Shown: piece by piece, positions 36,176 to 43,750 of the stretch
How the letters are laid out: each line of letters begins with the position of its first letter
Position numbering within the stretch: position 1 is the stretch's first letter
Assembly: GCA_043805105.1 (NCBI GenBank)
Contig: JAZDIG010000253.1
Span: forward strand, 1-43,750
DNA from: Candidatus Glassbacteria bacterium
GTDB taxonomy: Bacteria > Gemmatimonadota > Glassbacteria > GWA2-58-10
Length of the DNA: 43,750 nucleotides
Reading direction: 5' to 3'
Position numbers and translations under genes: made by a program
The notes under the pieces: model-generated
Told to the model about the DNA's origin: nothing
Databases searched by the model: none
What the model saw: the letters and a program-made list of their open reading frames with translations, nothing else

Positions 36176-36427
36176 TAGATTGACAAGGGCTTGCAAGGCT
36201 TTGCAGGTCCTTTTAATTTTCCGCCTGAACGGCTCCTCCGCGCTATTCCCCTCACAAACAGTTATCTTCAGAAGCAGTCCATCCCCGAGATTGCTATCCG
36301 GCGCCGGCCGGTATAATGTTGGATAAGAACCTCGAAGACCAGCCTGCCTCAGGATCGGAGGATTTTCAACCTCAAACCGGAGGATCGAAACTTGTTACCG
36401 TTCCAAAGACCAATACCCCATTCTCAA

Positions 36428-38794
36428 ATGCATTTTTTCCAGGGCGATAGGCTTGCCAGGCTGCTTTGTGCTATATTCCTGCTGTTCGTTTCCGCTCAGG
36501 GCACAGCCGCGCAAACCTCGGGGGCAAAACTGTCGGAGCGAGAAAAATACCTGGAAGAGCTTCTCGGCTTCCTCCCCCCGGTCCGCACGGACCGGGGCAT
36601 GGTCACCCGTTTCGACACCACCTGGCTCCAGTGGCAGAAACGCACCGGCGAACTTCCGCCCGATTTCGACAGGATGCCATCGCTACCGTTTCTTCCAGAC
36701 CCGCTCGTCCTAGATGAGGGCGGACAGAACATCCCGGTCAGGACCATCGAACAGTGGCGGGAGAAAAGGGCCTGGATCGAGAGCCAGGTCAAATACTGGC
36801 TGTCCGGGACTTTCCCTCCTGCGCCGGACAACCTGCTGGCCGAAACGCTCAGCGAGGAAACCTCGGGGACTGTCACCTCCCGGACAGTCGAGCTGCGGTT
36901 CGGGCCCGGGCACAAGGCCGGGCTGACCGTGGAACTCCTTATTCCGCAGGGGGAAGGTCTCTTTCCGGTTTTCCTCACCCAGTGGAGCCATCGCAACTGG
37001 GCCCTGGTGGCCGTGCGACGGGGATATCTCGCCTGCATCTACGCCGGCGCGGATGAAAAGGACGATACCGAGGGCTATGCCGAGCTCTGGTACCCGGAGT
37101 ACGATTTCACCCGGCTGATGCGCCGGGCCTGGGGCGCTCACCGGGCCGTGGACTACCTCTACAGCCTACCGGTCGTGGACCGGGAAAAGATCGCGGTCAC
37201 CGGGCACTCGCGTAACGGCAAGCAGTCGATCCTGGCCGGCGCTTTCGACACCCGGATTACGGCGGTCATGCCGATCAGCGGAGGGACAGGCGCGGAAGTC
37301 CCCTACCGCTACACGGATGACAAGTTCGCCAATGAGACGATCCTCGAAATCACCTCGAACACGCCCAACTGGCTGCATCCGCGTCTGCGCTTCTTTGTCG
37401 GCCGGGAACACAAGCTGCCGGTGGACCAGAACCTGCTCATGGCCCTGATCGCACCGCGCGCCCTGCTGGTCAGTTCGGCCCTCACCGAATACGGCGGCAA
37501 TCCCTGGGGTATCGAACAGAACTACCGGTCGCTCCAGCGGGTCTACAAATTCCTGGGGGCCGAAAACAAGCTGGCGATCGACCTGCGCTACGGGACGCAC
37601 TGCCCCTCCGCCGGCGACATCGAAAACAACCTCGATTTCCTGGACTACGTTTTCGGCCGCACGAGCCGGGCCCCGCAGAACACCCTCTATTACAACTACA
37701 CTTTCGAGGATTGGCGCAAGGCCAGCGGGGAACAAATCGATCCTCTCGCCTTCCCGGAAAAGGGCCTGGACGACCTGCTCACCGACAGCCAGGGACGGCG
37801 CTTCGATTCATTGCCGGCCTGGCAGGAGAAAAGGAAAGACGTAATCGGCCGGATAAAGCAAGCCCTGGGACATCAACCGCCGGCAGCGCTGAACCCGGGG
37901 CCGCAGCGGTTTTACTCCGGGGCGGACGACGACTGGCTGGGGATGGTGATCGGCAGGCCGGAAGCCACCGAGACCATGGGCCGGCTGGTGGTCCACCCCT
38001 ACGGCGGGTCATTCGGCGATGACCTGTTCGGCTATCTCTACTACCCGAACACCGGAGACGGCGGCCTGCCCAAGAACCGTCTGCCCGCGGTGGTCTTCCT
38101 GCACAATTTCGCTTACCCGACAGGCTTTTCCAGCCTGAACGACCGGTTCGTGGAAAATATGGTCAGGCAGGGATATATCGTCTTCGCTTTCGACATGATC
38201 GGGTTCGCCAGCCGGATCGAAGAGGGCCGGCGTTTCTACGAACGCTACCCGCACTGGTCCAAGATGGGCCGGATGGTGGCCGACGTCCGGGCTGCCGTGG
38301 ACCTGCTGCAAAACCAGCCGTTTGTCGACCCCGGCCGCATCTTCACGGTGGGCTATTCGATAGGCGGGACCGTGGCCCTGTTCAGTTCTGCGCTGGACGA
38401 GAGGATCGCGGGCGCGGTGTCGGTCTGCGGGTTCACCCCCCTGCGCCCGGCCGGGCCGGACAAGGGCCTGGAGGGAGTCCAGGTCTATTCGCACCTGCAC
38501 GGCCTGATCCCGAGACTGGGCTTTTTCGTGGGGCAGGAGAGAAGAATCTCCTTCGATTTCCACGAGGTGCTGGCCCTCATTGCGCCCCGACCCCTGCTGG
38601 TAGTGGCCCCGACCCTGGACCGCGACTCCTGTTTTGCGGATGTGAAGACTTGTGTGGACGAAGCGGGCAAGGTCTACCGGCTGTTCGGAAGAGAAAACAA
38701 CCTCGGCTTTTCCGGGCCGAAAGACTACAACCATTTCCATAACAACCTGCAGCAGGAAGTGCTCGAATGGTTGGCCGCAAATCCTGGGCGGTGA
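36428..38794 (+). CDS. Two-domain secreted esterase: CE15-like glucuronoyl esterase domain + second alpha/beta-hydrolase domain
   Basis: ATG 36428 gives the signal peptide 'MHFFQGDRLARLLCAIFLLFVSAQGTAAQ'. 'VTGHSRNGKQSILA' resembles the CE15 G-[CH]-S-R-x-G-K nucleophile motif. The C-terminal half has a second elbow, 'VGYSIGGTVAL'. Confidence 0.6.
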   Translation: MHFFQGDRLARLLCAIFLLFVSAQGTAAQTSGAKLSEREKYLEELLGFLPPVRTDRGMVTRFDTTWLQWQKRTGELPPDFDRMPSLPFLPDPLVLDEGGQNIPVRTIEQWREKRAWIESQVKYWLSGTFPPAPDNLLAETLSEETSGTVTSRTVELRFGPGHKAGLTVELLIPQGEGLFPVFLTQWSHRNWALVAVRRGYLACIYAGADEKDDTEGYAELWYPEYDFTRLMRRAWGAHRAVDYLYSLPVVDREKIAVTGHSRNGKQSILAGAFDTRITAVMPISGGTGAEVPYRYTDDKFANETILEITSNTPNWLHPRLRFFVGREHKLPVDQNLLMALIAPRALLVSSALTEYGGNPWGIEQNYRSLQRVYKFLGAENKLAIDLRYGTHCPSAGDIENNLDFLDYVFGRTSRAPQNTLYYNYTFEDWRKASGEQIDPLAFPEKGLDDLLTDSQGRRFDSLPAWQEKRKDVIGRIKQALGHQPPAALNPGPQRFYSGADDDWLGMVIGRPEATETMGRLVVHPYGGSFGDDLFGYLYYPNTGDGGLPKNRLPAVVFLHNFAYPTGFSSLNDRFVENMVRQGYIVFAFDMIGFASRIEEGRRFYERYPHWSKMGRMVADVRAAVDLLQNQPFVDPGRIFTVGYSIGGTVALFSSALDERIAGAVSVCGFTPLRPAGPDKGLEGVQVYSHLHGLIPRLGFFVGQERRISFDFHEVLALIAPRPLLVVAPTLDRDSCFADVKTCVDEAGKVYRLFGRENNLGFSGPKDYNHFHNNLQQEVLEWLAANPGR

Positions 38795-39275
38795 GGCGCT
38801 GTTGTGGAAATGGCGATGAATACTGGATATGCACTTGCTTTTCTACCTGTTAGCGATACACTTAAGTAGTAATTGATTCGACCGACAGAAAGGAAGAGCA
38901 TGCCTAACCGGTTTACCCATGAAGAAGCAGCGCAGTACATCAAGATAGGCAGGCGTGGCGGTTCTATTTGAATAAGTAGGCCTATGGCTCAGGGCAGGGA
39001 AGTTGGAGAAAAAGGCAAACAACACATATTAGGGAATGACTTATGAGCGAAGGAGCGAACATTAGGCAAGCCTGGAATGCCTTGAGAGCAACCTTCCAGA
39101 CACCAACTACCGATTTACTTTTAGAGTCATATATGATACGCTACTTCGAGAGGTAGGGACTCAACGTAATACCTCGTTTGGCTGTTCAATTCAACGTCAT
39201 TGATCGAAACAGCTTGGCAGCTTAATCGCAACTTAGCTAAATTATTGGAAAGTTTGATCAGAATGAGAATAAAGA

Positions 39276-39920
39276 ATGCCATTTCCCAAAATTGGAACAA
39301 TTGAAGCTTTTGCAATGATAGTTGATATAAATGGCTTTACGCCGATGGTATCAAAGTCGACAAAAAGTGACTGTGTCGCTCAATTTGTCAGAGATGTTCT
39401 ATCGGGGGGCGTTTGCATTGTTGAAAAAAACGGTGGTTTTGTCACTAGTTTCATGGGCGATGCCTTTTTAGGCATATTAGATAACCCTGATTCAGTTTTT
39501 ATGTCATGTGTAGGAATAGCTAAAGATCTTGATCGGCAGTGCGAATATATATCTAACCATCAGAAGGAATATCTCAATGATTTGCATTATGTTAAAGGTG
39601 GAGCGGGATTAAAAATCGCAATAGAATATGGTTGGATAGACATTTCAACTATCTATAGTGACCTGCTCGGAGAACAAAGGTTGCTAATTGGGCCACCTAT
39701 TAATTATGCAAGCCGGATTTTATCAGTTGGAGTAGGAAATAGGTGTCTCGTCGGACCAGAAGCAATGAATAATCAAGGGATGAATCAATGGAACAATAAT
39801 GGACCTTATTCTGTAATTGTTAAGCCAAGCGAAGGCGATTTACTATATTGGGAACTGGACTTAGGAGATATTTGGAGAGAAGGAATAATTGAGAATGATG
39901 AGGAAACATATTGGGGATAA
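39276..39920 (+). CDS. Stand-alone class III nucleotidyl cyclase catalytic domain (214 aa)
   Basis: 'AFAMIVDINGFTPM' supplies the first metal Asp, 'GGFVTSFMGDAFLGIL' the second, and 'IGPPINYASRIL' the Asn/Arg of the N-x-A-S-R motif. These occur in the order and spacing of adenylate/guanylate-cyclase-type domains. No sensor or TM domain. The gene sits in an AT-rich islet. Confidence 0.7.
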   Translation: MPFPKIGTIEAFAMIVDINGFTPMVSKSTKSDCVAQFVRDVLSGGVCIVEKNGGFVTSFMGDAFLGILDNPDSVFMSCVGIAKDLDRQCEYISNHQKEYLNDLHYVKGGAGLKIAIEYGWIDISTIYSDLLGEQRLLIGPPINYASRILSVGVGNRCLVGPEAMNNQGMNQWNNNGPYSVIVKPSEGDLLYWELDLGDIWREGIIENDEETYWG

Positions 39921-40005
39921 AGTGTGATCTTTCTAATCTAATACATCTGACTCAAGCTTTGTTGTACTTCACGCAATATACCTTAATTTAGAGGCTATAA
40001 CTACT

Positions 40006-40815
40006 ATGAATTTCTCAGAGATTGAAAAAGAAGTAATTTACTTAAGAGCCGTTAAGGAGATTGTGGACTCAATGGTGAATTATGAGGTGCTTAATTTAAT
40101 TGGAAATGATCCTGATTCAGAAATTAGATTTAAATCGAGTATACACCAGAAATTTTTCAATATTATTTTGGTGGATTTTTTTTCGTCCCCAGGTAAGAAA
40201 TTTATTATAAAACAGCAGCCATATTTAGAAATCCTATTTTTGATATGCCAGAAACCGAACTTCAACGAAAACGGGTCTATTAATAATCTTGTATTGTCAG
40301 TTGAAGAGTTTAAAAATTGGCTTGAGCAGGAAATTAAAGAGGAGATTTGGTTGCCTTCAATAGAAATGAATGGAGTCTTGTCACTAAAAAGAATTGAGTT
40401 TTTAAAAATATGCGGAAATATTTCAAAACATAATTTTACTAGATTGTCTATTGCAGTGAAGCAGCTTGAGCAGATTTTTAAAAGAAATAAGTTAAGTATT
40501 GATTGTGAAGACGCCTTGCTTATTCTTGATGAATTTTACGAGATATATCATACAGATATTTTCAATTATCTCGGTAGTACTATTGCTGAGTTTCTTAATA
40601 ATATTAGATGGGGTATATATTATTATCTCCAGCCAGAGTTTTCGCGCTCAATAAAATGGGAGAGTGGAGATCCGCCAAAATATAAGTATACATACCCAAA
40701 GGGTTTAATAAATAAGTTTGCAAAAAGTTGCTATTTGAAGTTGATGAATGAAGTACGTAGTGAACCATACATGAGAAAATTCAAAGTTACAGAGATATTG
40801 AAACTAAGATATTAA
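40006..40815 (+). CDS. Hypothetical protein (269 aa), partner of the cyclase
   Basis: AT-rich ORF 85 nt downstream of the cyclase on the same strand. No TM segments, TIR, cNMP-binding (FGE..RxA) or canonical HEPN R-x4-6-H motif recognised. 'ICGNISKHNFTR' is only HEPN-reminiscent. Confidence 0.55.
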   Translation: MNFSEIEKEVIYLRAVKEIVDSMVNYEVLNLIGNDPDSEIRFKSSIHQKFFNIILVDFFSSPGKKFIIKQQPYLEILFLICQKPNFNENGSINNLVLSVEEFKNWLEQEIKEEIWLPSIEMNGVLSLKRIEFLKICGNISKHNFTRLSIAVKQLEQIFKRNKLSIDCEDALLILDEFYEIYHTDIFNYLGSTIAEFLNNIRWGIYYYLQPEFSRSIKWESGDPPKYKYTYPKGLINKFAKSCYLKLMNEVRSEPYMRKFKVTEILKLRY

Positions 40816-41030
40816 GCTATAAGGATAGGGAAATTAAGTGTGCTTGACAGGCCTTAGTCTGACAGTTCATATTTGACTGGCTATATCAAATTTAGCATCG
40901 CTTACCGCTTCCCTCACAAAAACTTGTATTCTCTCAAAATTTATGGTATGATAATTAAAATCGGATTCATTCGGCAAGACGTTTTAAATGGCGTTATGCC
41001 TTACGCTTCAACAAGTTAAAGGTTTATTAT

Positions 41031-42284
41031 ATGAATCCGGAAAGCCTTTTGGGAAATTTCGAGCTGACCATCCACATCCGTTTCGCGATCGCCCTGGGCC
41101 TGGGCTTCCTGCTGGGCCTGGAACGGGAAGCCACCGGCCATGAGCTGAAACGGCAGGTGATCGCCGGCGTACGCACCTACTCGCTGATCAGCATGTACGG
41201 TTTCGGCTGCGCCTGGCTCTCCCAGCTCGGCATCGCTTTCGCCCTGCCGATCGGCCTGGTTTCGATCGCGACCCTGGCGGGACTGGAATACGTGGGGAGA
41301 CTGAAAGAAGGCCATCACGGCTGGACCGGCTCGGTGGCCGTACTGATAACCTACATAATCGGCGCGCTCACTTATCTGACTAATATCTGGGGGCCCCTGG
41401 CCCTGGGCATAATCAGCGCGATCCTGCTGTCCGAAAAACCCCATATCGAACACATGGTCGAAAGCCTCCAGAAGTTCGAAGTCTTTGCGATCCTGAAGTT
41501 CCTGGTGGTCACCCTGCTCATCCTGCCGCTATTGCCGGACAAGGAATTCACGCAATTCAACCTGAATCCAGCCAGCACCTGGAAGATAGTCATCCTGATA
41601 TCGACGATCGGGTTCACCGGTTATTTCATGGTCAAGAAACTGGGGAACCGCTACGGCCTGTGGCTTTCCGGGGTACTCGGCGGGATCGTCTCCAGTACAG
41701 CGGTAAGTATCGCGGTGGGAAGAATCGCGCAGCAGGCCCCCGAGATGAGCAAAAGAGCCCTGCGCAGCTCGCTTCTGGCCAGCTGCGTCATGTACGTCCG
41801 GATCCTGGTAATCATCTGGCTGGTGGGCCCGGTCTTTCTGCCTTATATCTGGTGGAAACTCCTTGCGCTGGCCACGATCTGCCTGGTCCTGGCGCTCTTG
41901 ATGGGAACCCATATCTCCGTCACCTCGACGAACGTCGCCTCGACTCTGACCAACCCCTTCGAACTCACTCCGGCAATGGTTTTCGCCGTGTTGTTCACCT
42001 CTTTCAAGGTCGTCACGATCCTGGTAAAAAGTTATTTCGGAAACGCCGGCTTGTTTATTTTATCCTTCATTGTCGGAGTTACGGATATCGATCCTTTCAT
42101 CCTATCCATCATCAATAATCCGGTCGTTTCCAAAATCATGGTGTCGGCAATCATTATCTCGATGATGGGCAATTCGCTGATCAAAGGGATTTACTTCGGC
42201 GGCCTGGCGAAAGCGGCGCGCAAGGAAACTTTCCTGCGCTACGGCCTGCTGACAGTCGCTCACCTGCCTTTCATCTTCCTTTGA
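41031..42284 (+). CDS. MgtC/SapB-family membrane protein with DUF4010-like C-terminal region
   Basis: 417 aa and polytopic. The N-terminal 'ALGLGFLLGLEREATGHELKRQVIAGVRTYSLISMYG' matches the MgtC-family G.ER....aG.RT motif. Confidence 0.6.
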   Translation: MNPESLLGNFELTIHIRFAIALGLGFLLGLEREATGHELKRQVIAGVRTYSLISMYGFGCAWLSQLGIAFALPIGLVSIATLAGLEYVGRLKEGHHGWTGSVAVLITYIIGALTYLTNIWGPLALGIISAILLSEKPHIEHMVESLQKFEVFAILKFLVVTLLILPLLPDKEFTQFNLNPASTWKIVILISTIGFTGYFMVKKLGNRYGLWLSGVLGGIVSSTAVSIAVGRIAQQAPEMSKRALRSSLLASCVMYVRILVIIWLVGPVFLPYIWWKLLALATICLVLALLMGTHISVTSTNVASTLTNPFELTPAMVFAVLFTSFKVVTILVKSYFGNAGLFILSFIVGVTDIDPFILSIINNPVVSKIMVSAIIISMMGNSLIKGIYFGGLAKAARKETFLRYGLLTVAHLPFIFL

Positions 42285-42303
42285 AAGCCTTTCCCTCTCC
42301 CGC

Positions 42304-42334
42304 GGGCGACCCCGTACCGGGTACGGGGTCGCCC
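42304..42334. terminator. Perfect 31-nt GC-rich palindrome 20 nt after the MgtC-family stop (hairpin without U-tract)
   Basis: gggcgaccccgtacc-g-ggtacggggtcgccc. No T-run on either side, so it could be a terminator-like or REP-like hairpin. Confidence 0.4.
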
Positions 42335-42618
42335 CGGCGAATACTTGCAAATCCTCAATTTTGTGTCAGTAACTCGAGCAGTGCAAAAACGTTTCTCATG
42401 TAGGGGCGCACCTTCAACCTGCATAGCGGCTTCCGCGTAGCAAGCGTGTGCGCCCGGATCAACCAGCAGTGGGCGGAGCACGCCGGCGAGCCTGGTGCTA
42501 CCGAAAACCGTCTCCCGCCCAGGTGCGAAAATCCTTTGCCGGGTGGAATGTCAGGGTTATAATAACTCATACGCAATTGACTTCAAATATAGAGAATGCA
42601 ATGAAGATTGATACGTTT

Positions 42619-42698
42619 AAATCCCCCCTGGCCCCCCTTTGCTAAAGGGGGGTGGGCCGCCTCCCCTTTCGCAGAAGGGGGATCGTGGGGGATTTTTT
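42619..42698 (+). repeat. Nested GC-rich palindromic element (outer 9-bp stem enclosing two CCCCTT/AAGGGG hairpins) followed by T6
   Basis: The outer stem aaatccccc (42619-42627) pairs with gggggattt (42687-42695). Inner hairpins are ccccccttt-gct-aaagggggg (42632-42652) and cccctt-tcgcag-aagggg (42663-42680). tttttt follows at 42693-42698. Confidence 0.5.
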
Positions 42699-42849
42699 CA
42701 TTCGTTCTTATTATTGCTTTAGTATCAGCCGGCTGAATACCGGATGTGAATAGTGAGTCGGCCGCGGACCGAGCGGTAATCCCCGGAGCCTGTTAAGCAT
42801 ACCCTGCCCGAAATAGAGCACCTGTTCCCGTTAATTCACGGAGGCCCTT

Positions 42850-43750
42850 ATGCGCGCGTGTGGAAAAATCACGCTCCGTAGTTTCATGCTTTTCACCCTG
42901 ATTTCGTGCCTGACGATTTCTGCCGCCGCTAATCTATCAGCAAAGCCCGAGCCGGCGGGCGCTGCGGCCTCTCTGGCCGGGCAGATAGTTTCCCTGGCCG
43001 GGACCGACCGGGGCGTGTGCTCCATCCTCGGCGCAAATGACCCGGCCCTGGCCTGCGCGCTGGCGGGAGAGGGGAAGTTCGTGGTCCACGTGATCGACCC
43101 GGACCAGTCCAGGGTCGAGTCAGGCCGCAAGACAGCGGACCAGCAGCTCAGCTACGGCCGATACCTCTGTATCGAAACCGGGGAATTCAGCCATCTGCCC
43201 TATGCCGACAATACGCTCGACCTGCTGGTCGCTTCGCACGACGAGGTTGCCGGCAAGCTGCCGAAAGCTGAAATCCTGCGGGTGCTGCGGCCCCTGGGCC
43301 GGGCGGTGATCCGGGGAGGGAAAGCCGGCAAGGGAGGACTGCAGGATTGGCTTACAGACGGCGGCAAAATCGTGGAGAAACCCGGATTATGGGCCGTGCT
43401 GATCAAGCCCGAGCCGGCAGGGATCGATGACTGGTCCCACTGGGAGCACGCCCCGGACAACAATCCGGTTTCGACCGACAAAGAGATCACCGCCCCCTAC
43501 CTGACCCAGTTTTTCGGCCTGCCCTACTACATCTCCATGCCGGCCATCACCACTGTAGCCGGCGGCCGGACGTTCACCGCGGTCGGCCATATCGCCCACC
43601 ACGAGCGGGAAGAGCCGTGGCTGAACACCCTGATCGCGCAGAACGGCTACAACGGGACCGACCTCTGGATGCGCAAGCTCCCGGACGGCTACCTGGTCCA
43701 CCGGTCGGCCTTCATCGCCACCGATGAGACTTTTTACATGATCGACCCCA
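42850..43750 (+). CDS. Secreted/lipoprotein-like protein with SAM-methyltransferase-like N-domain (3' partial, runs off window)
   Basis: My own translation from ATG 42850 gives 300 codons without a stop to the window end. This ORF is not in the supplied track. The signal is 'MRACGKITLRSFMLFTLISCLTISAAA'. 'VCSILGANDPALACALAGEGKFVVHVIDPD' and 'LPYADNTLDLLVA' resemble class I methyltransferase motifs I and post-II. Confidence 0.6.
   Translation, partial: MRACGKITLRSFMLFTLISCLTISAAANLSAKPEPAGAAASLAGQIVSLAGTDRGVCSILGANDPALACALAGEGKFVVHVIDPDQSRVESGRKTADQQLSYGRYLCIETGEFSHLPYADNTLDLLVASHDEVAGKLPKAEILRVLRPLGRAVIRGGKAGKGGLQDWLTDGGKIVEKPGLWAVLIKPEPAGIDDWSHWEHAPDNNPVSTDKEITAPYLTQFFGLPYYISMPAITTVAGGRTFTAVGHIAHHEREEPWLNTLIAQNGYNGTDLWMRKLPDGYLVHRSAFIATDETFYMIDP

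Noticed and set aside
36085-36178. Possible intact tRNA gene, and the 65-aa ORF 35981..36178
   Set aside because: Only the 3' half folds. There is no D arm and no 5' acceptor strand (gggcgat absent). The ORF is an artefact spanning non-coding DNA and the tRNA fragment.
38900-39156. Two mini-ORFs at the edge of the AT-rich islet: 38900-38971 (MPNRFTHEEAAQYIKIGRRGGSI, faintly like a collapsed excisionase/AlpA-type HTH) and 39043-39156 (37 aa)
   Set aside because: Both are too short and too weakly similar to call as genes or pseudogenes. They are mentioned only as possible debris of a mobile element.
596-41912. Long antisense or alternate-frame ORFs inside well-supported genes, e.g. 596..1108(-), 8933..10048(+), 11990..12697(+), 15828..16397(-), 20289..20825(-), 21727..22428(-), 22618..23214(-), 36496..37038(-), 38009..38740(-), 41016..41453(-), 41529..41912(-)
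   Set aside because: Each lies opposite or out of frame to an ORF with recognisable family motifs. Their composition is Arg/Pro/Gly-rich, as is typical of shadow ORFs in GC-rich DNA.
42522-42534. ggtgcgaaaatcc is reminiscent of the GGTG..AAATCC core of cobalamin riboswitches
   Set aside because: I could not find a B12-box-like element or the other conserved helices. The downstream gene is also not a typical B12-regulated transporter. Only a covariance-model scan could settle it.
42831-43701. Minus-strand ORFs 42831..43130, 43200..43490 and 43387..43701
   Set aside because: They are antisense to a 300-codon open plus-strand frame (42850 to the window end) that has a signal peptide and methyltransferase-like motifs.

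Overview
Bacterial window with mostly about 55-60% GC, judged from spot counts of single lines. The gene content looks like the FCB superphylum or a candidate phylum: a T9SS-type C-terminal sorting domain, a PorV-like barrel, a TonB-dependent-like receptor, and many polysaccharide lyases and esterases.

(1) 1-23.8 kb holds glycan-degradation and transport genes, an XRE-cupin regulator, and a decayed IS200-type element whose tnpA carries an in-frame TAG.

(2) 23.9-33.4 kb, all on the minus strand, is the main finding. A CRISPR array of 49 repeats (29 nt) and 48 spacers directly abuts a tightly packed type I-E-like operon, cas8e-cas7-cas5-cas6e-cas1-cas2. No cas3 is present anywhere in the window and there is no cse2/cas11 gene. 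Cas5 carries a C-terminal CxxC...HH...N...CxxCH HNH nuclease domain followed by an Arg-rich tail. This suggests a Cascade that cuts DNA itself instead of recruiting Cas3. An 80-codon diverged duplicate of the Cas8e N-terminus sits just upstream of cas8e.

(3) 33.5-36.2 kb looks like a mobile-element remnant. It has two unknown genes, an orphan phage small-terminase gene, and a 3' half of a tRNA-Val(GAC) that resembles an att scar.

(4) 36.4-43.75 kb holds a two-domain esterase and a conspicuously AT-rich two-gene islet (a stand-alone class III nucleotidyl cyclase plus an unknown 269-aa partner, possibly cyclic-nucleotide defence signalling). It also holds an MgtC-family membrane protein, a structured intergenic region, and a 3'-partial gene.

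All calls come from reading the sequence and recalling family motifs. No searches were run.
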